The notes under the pieces were generated by a model. That model ran no database searches and was not told where the DNA came from. It was given only the letters and a program-made list of their open reading frames with translations. The translations under genes were made by a program, and so were the position numbers. This document shows, one piece after another, positions 1 through 8,511 of a DNA stretch of 64,000 bases (position 1 is its first letter; every line of letters begins with the position of its first letter). The DNA comes from Parcubacteria group bacterium. GTDB lineage: Bacteria; Patescibacteriota; Minisyncoccia; JACPHC01. The stretch lies in assembly GCA_016188775.1 (NCBI GenBank), contig JACPHC010000006.1, positions 618 to 64,617 of the forward strand, given 5' to 3'.

Positions 1-240
1 ACGAGTCAAACTGAACGTATTCGCGTAGATGCTTCCGGCAACGTCGGCATCGGGACCACGACGCCTCAAAGTCTTTTGCAGGTAGCCAGCAACTACATTC
101 AGTTTCCTGCGATATCTGGAGCTGCGCCGGCGGCCGTGGACTGCGATGCGACTGCTGAAGCCGGCCGGATGGTGGTTCGAACCGATGGAGCAGCCAATCT
201 CTATATTTGCGCGGGCGTGGGCGGCTGGATTAGTAAATAA
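1..240 (+). CDS. 3' end of a truncated upstream ORF, product unknown. Its ...SGNVGIGTTTP... Gly/Thr/Ala-rich C-terminus resembles fibre or surface-protein tails
   Basis: The open frame runs from the window edge to TAA at 238-240. GC content is about 55%, far above the rest of the window. The motif identification is from memory only. Confidence 0.3.
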   Translation, partial: TSQTERIRVDASGNVGIGTTTPQSLLQVASNYIQFPAISGAAPAAVDCDATAEAGRMVVRTDGAANLYICAGVGGWISK

Positions 241-302
241 AGCCTCTAATCAAAAATGCGCTATAATATCGCGCGACTATTTATAGCAAGTAAAGTCGAG
301 CT

Positions 303-1193
303 ATGCCCAATATTCAAACATTATTTAAAGACTATCTTGACTATTTAGAAATTGAAAAAAACCGCTCTATTAAAACGCGGGAAAATTACGAACATTATTT
401 AAATCGTTTTTCAGAATTCACCAAAATCCAAAATCCGGAAAATATCACTGACGAGGAGGTCAGAAAATACCGAATAGAATTAAATCGCCTTTCTCCGCCG
501 CTTTCCAAAATCACTCAAAATTATCATATTATCGCTTTAAGAAATTTTCTCAAATATCTCGCCAAGCGAGAAATCAAAACTTTAAGTCCGGAAAAAATCG
601 AGCTGGCGCGAATTCCGCAAAGAGAAATAGATATTTTGGGCTACGCGGATTTGGAGCGATTGCTCAAGACGCCACAAAGCGGCGATCTTTTTGCTCTCCG
701 AGACAAAGCGATTTTGGAAACTTTATTCTCCACCGGTCTTCGCGTCTCAGAGCTAGTGCGTTTAAACAGAGATTCAATCGATTTAAAAAGAAAAGAATTT
801 AGCGTCCGGGGAAAAGGCGGAAAAATCCGAGTGGTATTTCTATCGCCTCAGGCCGTTTCCGCCATTAAAAATTATCTGGAAAAAAGAGGGGATATCGAAG
901 AATCTCTTTTTGTCAGCGCCAATGAAAAAAATAAAACGCCGAGCCGACTGACCAGCCGCACGATTGAAAGACTGATTAAAAAATACGCGACTCAGGCCGG
1001 CATTGCCAAGAAAGTCACGCCTCACTCCCTGCGCCACCTTTTCGCCACTGATCTTTTGCAAAACGGCGCGGATTTAAGGTCGGTCCAATCCCTTTTGGGC
1101 CACGCCAATGTTTCCACTACCCAAATTTACACTCATTTTACCGATCGAGAACTCAAAGAAATCCATCAAGCTTTTCACGGAAAAAAAAGATAA
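303..1193 (+). CDS. tyrosine site-specific recombinase, XerC/XerD family
   Basis: 296 aa. The C-terminal catalytic signature ...HSLRHLFATDLLQNGADLRSVQSLLGHANVSTTQIYTH is present. The N-terminal SAM-like core-binding region is present (YLDYLEIEKNRS). Confidence 0.85.
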   Translation: MPNIQTLFKDYLDYLEIEKNRSIKTRENYEHYLNRFSEFTKIQNPENITDEEVRKYRIELNRLSPPLSKITQNYHIIALRNFLKYLAKREIKTLSPEKIELARIPQREIDILGYADLERLLKTPQSGDLFALRDKAILETLFSTGLRVSELVRLNRDSIDLKRKEFSVRGKGGKIRVVFLSPQAVSAIKNYLEKRGDIEESLFVSANEKNKTPSRLTSRTIERLIKKYATQAGIAKKVTPHSLRHLFATDLLQNGADLRSVQSLLGHANVSTTQIYTHFTDRELKEIHQAFHGKKR

Positions 1194-1213
1194 GAATATA
1201 CAAAATTCAATCA

Positions 1214-1426
1214 TTTGTCATTGCGAGAAGCGAAGCGACGAAGCAATCTTATTTGTCATTGCGAGAAGCGAATCGACGAAGCAATCTTATTTGTCATTGC
1301 GAGAAACTGAAAGGAGCGTGGCAACCTCATTTGTCGTTGCGAGAAACTGAAAGGAGCGTGGCAATCTCATAATTTGAACTAAATATTTATTAGATTGCTT
1401 CGGCGATTTCATCGCCTCACAATGAC
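1214..1426. repeat. Composite copy of the family-1 miniature palindromic element. Four tandem left halves (TTTGTCATTGCGAG...GCAATC) are followed by one right half (GATTGC...CACAATGAC)
   Basis: Read directly from the sequence. The termini are GTCATTGCGAG / CTCGCAATGAC, with a subterminal GCAATC/GATTGC pair. The predicted ORF 1108..1350 lies wholly inside the repeat and is judged spurious. Confidence 0.7.
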
Positions 1427-1493
1427 GATTGGTTCGCAATATTTCAAAAATCCATTTTCTTCGCTTTTTAAAAACAAAATTATTTTACAAACA

Positions 1494-1526
1494 AAAACCT
1501 GCTATTCGCGCAGGTTTTTTAAAATT
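1494..1526. terminator. Hairpin (AAACCTGC..GCAGGTTT) with a T tract, overlapping the stop of the minus-strand gene. It is probably a bidirectional terminator
   Basis: aaaacctgctattcgcgcaggtttttt. Confidence 0.4.
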
Positions 1527-2836
1527 AAATCTTTGAGAATTAAGCCTTGAAGACTATCGTAAACAATATCGCCGATTTCCGGCCCGACGGAAACTCTCAT
1601 TTGATAAGGATATTTTTTTGCTTGCCAATCGTTTTTGAAAATTATATAACCCAACTCGTCATTGACCAACCCTAAAATAAATCGGCGTTTAACTTTATGG
1701 ATAGCGAGAACTTGGCGCAATGCTTGGCCGATATTCGGCATGGCTTCGCCGGGAATTGTCAAAAATACGGCTTGGCCAATTCTGATAGAATTTACCTCGG
1801 TCTCAATTTTTCCTTCATTGTCCCTCCTTTCTTCAATCACGCCCAAAAAAATCATCATTTTAAATTTCCAGTCTTCCATCGGAACTTTAATTAATTTCTG
1901 CCGAACGACAATTTCCGGATTTTTTTCTTCTTCTTTATTCTTTAAAGCGGAAAAAATTTTTTCCGATAAAAGCTGGCCGTTAATTTCAACCGTGCCCCAA
2001 TCGTTACGATTGCCTTCGTGATGATTGACTATAGCCCCGACTCCACCTTGGGCGCCGTTGATAAAAACAGGCGTTCCGCCTAATTCTTTTTCCAATCTCT
2101 CATAAACCGGCCAAAGAATATCCGCGCTGACGTAATTGCCATAAATCAAATTGGGATGCATGGCGTAATTAAATAATAAAGCGATATTTTTGCCGCCGGC
2201 ATCGTCGAGCGACATAATTTCCAGAGGAGCGTTGTTTAATATTTCGGACCCGAAAGAGATTTTAGCTTTTTTAAAATTATCCCAGGAAGAACGAATACAA
2301 GATGCGGCCCGCTTTTTCACGCTCGCGATGTAATTATTATCTTTGCCGGAGATAAAAAATATCGGCCCCCAAAGACCCATTGTGTCCGGGGCCGCATGAG
2401 TATGCGTAAAAGCTAAAAACAAATGAGAAGGGGGGATAATGTCAGCAACGCTTTTTTTAATTTCATTGATATCACCTCGGCCCATACCGATTAAATCAAA
2501 GGAGGCGAAAACTAATCCGTTTTGGCCGTCGTGTATTGATAAACACCGAACCCAAATATCGTCATGAATGTCTTCGGCCACCCGAAAATTGATTCCAAAT
2601 CCGTAGCCGGCCAAATAAAATCTGTTCGCCTTGATGTCCGGCGTAATTTTTTCTTTAGCCGCGCCGGCCAAAACTTCGTTGTTGCCAAGCCGGCCGGATA
2701 AAATCGGCGGATCGTAATGATTGGGATTGAATTCCGGCCTGTTGAAAAAATCATTTTTAATGGCCATTTCTTTGGCGCAGCCGAAACAAAATAAAATCAT
2801 GAAAAAACCGATTATTCGTTTCACTTTATCCTCCAA
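1502..2836 (-). CDS. Secreted or lipoprotein hydrolase with an N-terminal domain resembling neutral/alkaline ceramidase
   Basis: 444 aa. It has a signal peptide with a lipobox-like LFCFGC. The motifs GYGFGINFRVAEDIHDDIWVRCL and FTHTHAAPD recall the conserved GYA...GxHxRL..RAF and HTHSGP motifs of neutral ceramidase. This match is recalled, not searched. Confidence 0.4.
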   Translation of the reverse strand: MEDKVKRIIGFFMILFCFGCAKEMAIKNDFFNRPEFNPNHYDPPILSGRLGNNEVLAGAAKEKITPDIKANRFYLAGYGFGINFRVAEDIHDDIWVRCLSIHDGQNGLVFASFDLIGMGRGDINEIKKSVADIIPPSHLFLAFTHTHAAPDTMGLWGPIFFISGKDNNYIASVKKRAASCIRSSWDNFKKAKISFGSEILNNAPLEIMSLDDAGGKNIALLFNYAMHPNLIYGNYVSADILWPVYERLEKELGGTPVFINGAQGGVGAIVNHHEGNRNDWGTVEINGQLLSEKIFSALKNKEEEKNPEIVVRQKLIKVPMEDWKFKMMIFLGVIEERRDNEGKIETEVNSIRIGQAVFLTIPGEAMPNIGQALRQVLAIHKVKRRFILGLVNDELGYIIFKNDWQAKKYPYQMRVSVGPEIGDIVYDSLQGLILKDLILKNLRE

Positions 2837-3030
2837 AACAAGTTTTTAAAGTGCTTCTAATTTGAAGATAATACTTAAAAATAAAATTGGCAAATAAAAA
2901 TAAATATTATACATTGCATTTTAATTTATCACGATAATTGGCCATGGCTTAATAGCTCAATAGCTTAATAGCTTAATAAAACTTAAGCGCTTGATGTAAT
3001 TACTAAAAATTAAATAAAGAATAATAAAAA

Positions 3031-3109
3031 ATCAAAAAATCTTTATCAAAAAATCTTTATCAAAAAATCTTTCTACATACTTTCAAACGATCGTTTGAAA
3101 GTATGTAGA
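3031..3109. repeat. Three tandem 14-bp repeats (ATCAAAAAATCTTT), immediately followed by a perfect 38-bp palindrome (TCTACATACTTTCAAACGATCGTTTGAAAGTATGTAGA)
   Basis: Read directly from the sequence. The feature lies in the intergenic region upstream of the minus-strand ceramidase-like gene. A further 8-bp AATAGCTY x3 tandem lies at 2951-2978. Confidence 0.8.
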
Positions 3110-3139
3110 ATATAACATAATTAAAAATAATTAAAACAT

Positions 3140-3172
3140 AAAAGACCTGAAAAATTTTTCAGGTCTTTTAAT
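3140..3172. terminator. Rho-independent terminator hairpin (AGACCTGAAAAA/TTTTTCAGGTCT) flanked by A/T tracts
   Basis: aaaagacctgaaaaatttttcaggtctttt. It lies just downstream of the minus-strand gene ending at 3195. Confidence 0.6.
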
Positions 3173-3194
3173 AAAATTTTACTGCGTAAAATTT

Positions 3195-3587
3195 TTATCG
3201 TTTTCTTTCCGCTTCTCTCGCGGCATCATACATATTTTTTTGACTCAGCCACAACTGACAGCTTGGCCAGCCTGGCTTTTCCCAACAATGCGAAGGCATT
3301 GGGCCGGGGTGAGGCACTGAAAATTCCAAATAGTACCGTTTCTCAACCCGGGCGCAATCCGTATGGGGATAGGGATTGCGATTATAATCGCATTTATACT
3401 CCCAAGTTCGCCACATTGGCCACCAGCCGGCAATCGCGCGCTGTCTGGCATTATAATCGTCCTTTTGAACCTCAACCGGTATCGGTTGATAATAGCCAAT
3501 ACAGCCGCTGAGAAAAATCGCCATTAGCAATACGGTAAAAATATTCAATCCGAATCCTATCGCGTCGTCTATTTTCTGATAATTCAT
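3195..3587 (-). CDS. Small Cys/Trp-rich putative lipoprotein of unknown function
   Basis: 130 aa. It has an N-terminal hydrophobic segment ending in LSGC (lipobox-like) and a W/C/P/Y-rich mature part. Confidence 0.5.
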   Translation of the reverse strand: MNYQKIDDAIGFGLNIFTVLLMAIFLSGCIGYYQPIPVEVQKDDYNARQRAIAGWWPMWRTWEYKCDYNRNPYPHTDCARVEKRYYLEFSVPHPGPMPSHCWEKPGWPSCQLWLSQKNMYDAAREAERKR

Positions 3588-3821
3588 TTCTCCTCCTTTT
3601 AAAAGTGAAAAAACAATTTTTCCAATAATCCAATGAATTTAAAATTTTTAAACACCTAATATATAATATATCAAAAAATATAATATTGAGTAATGAAGAG
3701 TAAAAACACAATTTATTTTAAAATAACTGATAATACAATAACTCTAAAATAGGTTTTTGTCAAATTTTTTTCATTATTACGTCTCCATGCAGGCATAACG
3801 CAATAAAGGATATTTTTTTGT

Positions 3822-3862
3822 CTTACTAAACTTAATTGGACGGCCGTTTAATTAGTTTAGTA
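3822..3862. promoter_or_regulatory. Copy 1 of a ~40-bp palindromic motif centred on GACGGCCGTC (CTTACTAAACTTAATTGGACGGCCGTTTAATTAGTTTAGTA)
   Basis: Seen directly. Two further copies lie at 30109-30149 and 48696-48735. The arms ACTAAAC/GTTTAGT are inverted repeats around a perfect GACGGCCGTC palindrome. Confidence 0.6.
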
Positions 3863-4011
3863 TGAATATCAATTGCTTAAGTTTAGAAAAGTTTATAAAT
3901 TAAAGAATTTACACCTTTAGCGACGATCGTAAATAAAAGTGTAAATTTCAAAAAATAAACGCATATAGAGCAATCAATGGGGAGTTGAACTCTCATAAAT
4001 TACTCTAAAAA

Positions 4012-4020
4012 TTATCCACA
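4012..4020. promoter_or_regulatory. Perfect DnaA-box consensus TTATCCACA upstream of the first gene of the T4SS-like cluster
   Basis: Exact 9-mer match. It is followed by TGTATAAT (-10-like) at 4047-4054. A single box has uncertain significance. Confidence 0.3.
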
Positions 4021-4111
4021 ATTTGTTTCTTGTTTAATTAAAATATTGTATAATACTGACACAACCGTGAATAATAATTTTTTCAACTCAAAAAAGAGGG
4101 TTATTTTGGGA

Positions 4112-5824
4112 ATGGTTTTTGTTATTTTATTTTTGGCGCTGATTGTTCCTTTAAAAACCGAGGCTTCTATATGGAATCCACTTGACAATCTTTTAGACGC
4201 TATCATAACTGCTATTGTTCAAATATCTAATTTTCTAGTTGGATGGATTCTCTATATTATTCTTACCCCATTAGGCATATTCGCCGGCTGGCTTCTTGAT
4301 CCGACACTGATCCCGATTATTAACAGCGATGTTGTGACAACCGGTTATAAAATCACTTTGGATTTAGCCAATATGTTTTTTGTTTTGATTATTATAGTTA
4401 TCGCGTTCGCGACAATTTTTCGAATTAAAAGTTATGGCGCGGAGAGTCTTTTACCGAACTTAATTATCACCGCGGTCCTAATTAATTTCAGTAAAGTGAT
4501 TGCCGGAGTGGTCATTGATTTTTCCAATGTTTTAACCTCTTTTTTCCTCGAGAGAATATCAAGCAATTCCAGCGGCGTCTCGGCATCAATCGCCAACGCT
4601 CTTAAAGCGGCGGCTCTTTTTCCCACAAATCTTCCATCGGGCACCGGATCAAGTTTAGCGGGCTGGTTGAATGTTCTGGGCGGAATAATAGTCACTTGGA
4701 TTTTCGCTTTAGTAACCATCGCCGTCTTTGCTTCTTTTGTAGTTTTATTATTTTCCAGGGTTTTTGCCTTATGGATGCTTCTGATCGGAGCGCCTTTGGC
4801 TTGGCTTTTTCGAATCTTGCCTAAAACCCAAAAATATTGGAATGATTGGTGGGAAAAATTAATCAGCTGGTCTTTTGTCGCTCCTGTTTTTTCTTTTTTT
4901 CTTTATTTAGCCCTTAAAACCAATCAAACCATGAAAGATGCGCTTGGAAATCCACTTACGGACAACACTGGAGCGGGCGCTGAATTATCAAAAACTAATC
5001 CTATGCTTGAGCCGACTTTTTTGCTCAATTACATAGTTTTAATAGGCCTTCTATTGTATGGCGTTAAAACTTCCAAAAAAATGGCCGATTATATGCCTCA
5101 AGCCTTGTCAGCCGGCTGGCAAAGCGCCAAGGGCGGTTTTAAAAAAGCCGCTGGCATAAAAAGCCTTCAAGAACGAGCTAAAGAATTTGGGGGGAAAGTT
5201 GGCGAAAAAACCTCGCAAATCGCTTCTCGTTTACCCGGGGCCGGTCTTGTTTTACCCAAAGCCGGGGAAATAAGAACTGCCAGAAAAATAGAAAAAGGAG
5301 CCAAAAAAACGGGAGAACAGGCCAAACAAGAAATGGATGTTATTAAAAAACGAGCTCGAGGAGCAGTGTTAACCAAGGAAGAACAAAAAATAGCCGATAA
5401 TCCTCAATATTTAGCAAAAACGGAACAAACAGCGTTAGAAAAACAAGCTCGAGGAGCAGTGATGACTCCGGAAGAACAAAAAACAGCTGCAAGGCTTGAT
5501 GCTGCTTACGCTACCAGCGATCTTGATTTTGGCCGTAATGTTATTGAACAAAAAGCAAAAAATATCGCCCAACGCAGCACTATTGGTCAAAGATTAAAAA
5601 TAAGAGCCAAAAGCGTAATACGCCCGTCGGGAATCCTTACACCCACTCCCACCGCTGATGAGGCCGCGCTTCTTTTAGCCACTTCGCATAAAACTTATAA
5701 AAAAGAGTTTGAAAAACGCAAAAAAATAAATCAATGGCCTTATTCTGAAGGACAAAAAACTGCAAAAGAAAAAGCTTTGGAATCACTGGAAGAGTATTTT
5801 AAACCGCCGCCAACTTCGCCATAA
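4112..5824 (+). CDS. Polytopic membrane protein resembling VirB6/TrbL/PrgH-like T4SS channel components, with a Lys-rich hydrophilic C-terminal domain
   Basis: It has about 6 or more predicted TM helices after a signal-like N-terminus, then a roughly 200-aa charged tail. The start at ATG 4112 is preferred because it is preceded by AAGAGGG (Shine-Dalgarno). The ORF-track start 4046 is the alternative. The family call rests on topology and context only. Confidence 0.4.
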   Translation: MVFVILFLALIVPLKTEASIWNPLDNLLDAIITAIVQISNFLVGWILYIILTPLGIFAGWLLDPTLIPIINSDVVTTGYKITLDLANMFFVLIIIVIAFATIFRIKSYGAESLLPNLIITAVLINFSKVIAGVVIDFSNVLTSFFLERISSNSSGVSASIANALKAAALFPTNLPSGTGSSLAGWLNVLGGIIVTWIFALVTIAVFASFVVLLFSRVFALWMLLIGAPLAWLFRILPKTQKYWNDWWEKLISWSFVAPVFSFFLYLALKTNQTMKDALGNPLTDNTGAGAELSKTNPMLEPTFLLNYIVLIGLLLYGVKTSKKMADYMPQALSAGWQSAKGGFKKAAGIKSLQERAKEFGGKVGEKTSQIASRLPGAGLVLPKAGEIRTARKIEKGAKKTGEQAKQEMDVIKKRARGAVLTKEEQKIADNPQYLAKTEQTALEKQARGAVMTPEEQKTAARLDAAYATSDLDFGRNVIEQKAKNIAQRSTIGQRLKIRAKSVIRPSGILTPTPTADEAALLLATSHKTYKKEFEKRKKINQWPYSEGQKTAKEKALESLEEYFKPPPTSP

Positions 5825-5852
5825 CAAAAATTATTAAAACTAACTACTAAAT

Positions 5853-6248
5853 ATGCCAATACCAAACACAATTTACGGCTTAAGTCATTTTTCCAGCGAC
5901 CAAATTAAAGCTTTGGCCCATGCCTTGGAGGCCGAGGAATTAAATCCGTACACTATTTACAAACAAAGACCGGACGCTCTGCCGGAACGGGAACTGGAAG
6001 ATGTTATAAAAAAAATGAGTCCGGAAGAAGCCTCGGACATTGTGCCGGACAGTTTTAGCGGAGAGAAAGGGATAGAAATAGTTTCTTCCCTGTCTCTGCG
6101 CCAACTTGAAAAAATAGGCTCGGATGGCGACCCGATTCTAAAAGAAACGATTAAAATCAGTCTGGAAAAAGCTATTGAAAAAAAACCGGGCGATTTCAAT
6201 CTTCAAAAAATTTTAAATTATATTAATAACAGCCCAGCCTGGCAATAA
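5853..6248 (+). CDS. Hypothetical acidic soluble protein
   Basis: 131-aa ORF with no recognisable motif. Confidence 0.45.
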   Translation: MPIPNTIYGLSHFSSDQIKALAHALEAEELNPYTIYKQRPDALPERELEDVIKKMSPEEASDIVPDSFSGEKGIEIVSSLSLRQLEKIGSDGDPILKETIKISLEKAIEKKPGDFNLQKILNYINNSPAWQ

Positions 6249-6278
6249 AACTATGCCTATCCAAAAACTCAACCAACT

Positions 6279-6369
6279 GTCATTGCGAGGAGCGGAGCGA
6301 CGAAACAATCTAATAAATATTAGTTCAAATTATGGGATTGCCACGCTCCTTTCAGTCTCTCGCGATGAC
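6279..6369. repeat. Copy B of the family-1 miniature palindromic element
   Basis: CTGTCATTGCGAGGAGCGGAGCGACGAAACAATC ... GATTGCCACGCTCCTTTCAGTCTCTCGCGATGAC. Its right-half core is the reverse complement of the core of the third and fourth tandem units of copy A. Confidence 0.75.
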
Positions 6370-6400
6370 AAAAAAGTTTTCGAACGGACTAAATAAAACT

Positions 6401-7090
6401 ATGGAAGAATTAAAAAAATCCAATCCTTTAATAGCCGAGGAAGAAGAAATGGTTCCCAAACCATCCAAGGATCAAATTGTCTTATGGGAAGAATTGGAAA
6501 AAAGAGTGCCGGAGGAAAATGTCATTGTCTGGACCGAAGGATTCTACCAACTGCCCCAAAATATCCGCGATTATTTAGCTCGCGAAGATACGAGTTTAAA
6601 AATAAAAAATCTCGCCATAAATTTTAATTTCAATCAAGCCGAAACCCAATATTTAAACCGCCTGATTAACGGCTTTTTTATCGGCGCTATTAATCCCTCC
6701 AATTTCTTTGATTATCTCAAAAAGGGCTTTAAAAATTTAAAGGACGAGGAAGTCAAAAAATTAGCGGAAAATATCCGCGAGGCCATATTTCTGCCTCAAA
6801 GAGATTTTCTCCGTCAAAAACATAATTTGGAAGAAACTAAAACTTCTCAACCGGCTCCGGCGCCAAAACAATTGCCAATTGATCAAGATATTTATCGGGA
6901 ACCGGCCGACGAAGAGCCAAAAATCCCGCCTCAAGCCAACGGCGTGGTTTTTCTCTCCGATGACATAAAAATCAAACTGGATGATCCTCAACGTCTGAAA
7001 AAATTAGGCAAATTTTTAATTGATCTGGGTGAAAAAACTATTGAAAAAAAGAGGAAAAAAGACGCGGAAAACGAGATTTTTAAAATTTAA
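6401..7090 (+). CDS. Hypothetical Lys/Glu-rich soluble protein
   Basis: The ORF-track start at 6332 lies inside repeat copy B and is probably not used. In-frame ATGs at 6365 and 6401 are more plausible. Confidence 0.45.
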   Translation: MEELKKSNPLIAEEEEMVPKPSKDQIVLWEELEKRVPEENVIVWTEGFYQLPQNIRDYLAREDTSLKIKNLAINFNFNQAETQYLNRLINGFFIGAINPSNFFDYLKKGFKNLKDEEVKKLAENIREAIFLPQRDFLRQKHNLEETKTSQPAPAPKQLPIDQDIYREPADEEPKIPPQANGVVFLSDDIKIKLDDPQRLKKLGKFLIDLGEKTIEKKRKKDAENEIFKI

Positions 7091-7102
7091 TTTTTTATAA
7101 AT

Positions 7103-7573
7103 ATGGCGCATTCTCCAATAGACAAGGCGGCATTAGCGATTGCCCAGCGGATAGCTAATAAATTAAATAATTTAATTGAACAAGGCCATGATACAATAGC
7201 TTTTTTATTAGCTATTCTTTTAGCTTTTTTGAAAGACGGAATGGATGTGATTCTAGATTTGATGCTGATAGGAGAAATTCCAATTATTGGTCAAATGCCA
7301 GGAATTCTAATTTCCGCGATTTTAATGTATTTTTTATGGGGGAAAGGATGGTTTAATACGACAAAAGTAAAAATAATATTATGGGGACTTGGGGTTTTTG
7401 CTGATAATCTGCCTTTTTTGATAAATGATTTACCATTAACTGTCTTGACAGTTTTGATGGCTTGGCATGTTGTGCGTAAAAGAGCCAAAAAAGCCAAAAA
7501 AGATTTAGACAAATTAAGTAAAAAAACAATAAAAGAATTAGAACAAATTGATAAAGAATTAGAAACAGCTTAA
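7103..7573 (+). CDS. Small integral membrane protein (3-4 TM helices) with a Lys-rich C-terminus
   Basis: 156 aa, hydrophobic core. No family assignment is possible by eye. Confidence 0.45.
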   Translation: MAHSPIDKAALAIAQRIANKLNNLIEQGHDTIAFLLAILLAFLKDGMDVILDLMLIGEIPIIGQMPGILISAILMYFLWGKGWFNTTKVKIILWGLGVFADNLPFLINDLPLTVLTVLMAWHVVRKRAKKAKKDLDKLSKKTIKELEQIDKELETA

Positions 7574-7623
7574 TAAATATAGAGCGATTAATAAAAAAAT
7601 GATATAATAAAAAATACTAATCA

Positions 7624-8511
7624 ATGAGATTAGCTTTAAATCCAAAAATAAATTCAATGATTTTACCGGCGGTTAGCCTGCTGACCGTTTTAGGTATTGG
7701 TTTAATCGGTTTTGGTGTTTTTAAATCCGGCAATAAATTGGAAATAGAATTTAAAAACGGCCGGCTGACTCCTCAAAGCACCCAAAATATCAGCGAAATT
7801 TTTTCTCAAAATCTCAAAAAGGCGATTTCCCAAAACGTCGCTCCGGAAAAAATTTTTGAAAACACAAAGTTGAATTTCAAAAGCGACGAAACTTTAACCG
7901 CGCTTTTATCTCAAAATTTTCTTTCCGAAATAACCAAAAAAAATCCGGCCCAAATTCAAGATCCGTCTTTTATAGAAGCTCTTAAAGATTCATCTGATCC
8001 GGCAAGTTTTCTGGGAATCAGCGATTTAAATCCGGCTTTTGCCGATAAATCAAAAGAAATTATGAATTCATTGATTTACAACCCGCCGAGCTTTACTACC
8101 AAAAATAACGCCAGTTTGAAAGATAAAGTAAATTATTTCTCCGCTCTTAAAAATTTAATCTTGCCGTTTCAAAAAACAAACCCTTTAATTATCCAGGCAG
8201 CGCTGCAAACAAAAAATTACGCCGAACTGGATAGACGGATTGAAAAATTAAAAACCTCTCTCTTGAGCTTTGAAAAATTAGAAGCGCCGAAAGAATACAT
8301 CGATCTTCATAAAAAAATAATCAGTTTTAACGGCTATCAAATCAACGTTTTTGAAGAAATAAAAAAAGCCGGGGAAAATAACGATCCTTTAAAGCAATAT
8401 CTGATTATAATTTCTTACGATGAAATTTTAAATAATAATTATAAAACAACTATTTTAGAAACAATAAACGAAGCTAAAAAAATGATTAGCGAGATTAAGA
8501 AACTAAAATGA
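7624..8511 (+). CDS. Bitopic membrane protein, with an N-terminal TM helix and a ~250-aa extracytoplasmic domain. The topology is VirB8-like
   Basis: 295 aa with one TM helix near the N-terminus. The VirB8 comparison rests on topology and context only. Confidence 0.4.
   Translation: MRLALNPKINSMILPAVSLLTVLGIGLIGFGVFKSGNKLEIEFKNGRLTPQSTQNISEIFSQNLKKAISQNVAPEKIFENTKLNFKSDETLTALLSQNFLSEITKKNPAQIQDPSFIEALKDSSDPASFLGISDLNPAFADKSKEIMNSLIYNPPSFTTKNNASLKDKVNYFSALKNLILPFQKTNPLIIQAALQTKNYAELDRRIEKLKTSLLSFEKLEAPKEYIDLHKKIISFNGYQINVFEEIKKAGENNDPLKQYLIIISYDEILNNNYKTTILETINEAKKMISEIKKLK

Noticed and set aside
1108-1350. 80-aa ORF (…ICHCEKRSDEAILFVIARSESTKQS…) in the ORF track
   Set aside because: It lies wholly within the tandem family-1 palindromic repeat array. 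Its peptide is simply the translation of the repeated units, so it is judged a spurious ORF.
1214-1370. CRISPR array, suggested by four tandem ~37-bp units
   Set aside because: The units are contiguous half-elements with no unique spacers. They belong to the dispersed GTCATTGCGAG family, and no cas genes are present.
6332-6400. ORF-track start codon at 6332 for the 252-aa ORF
   Set aside because: That ATG lies inside repeat copy B. The downstream in-frame ATGs at 6365 and 6401 are more plausible, so the N-terminus MGLPRSFQSLA is probably not translated.
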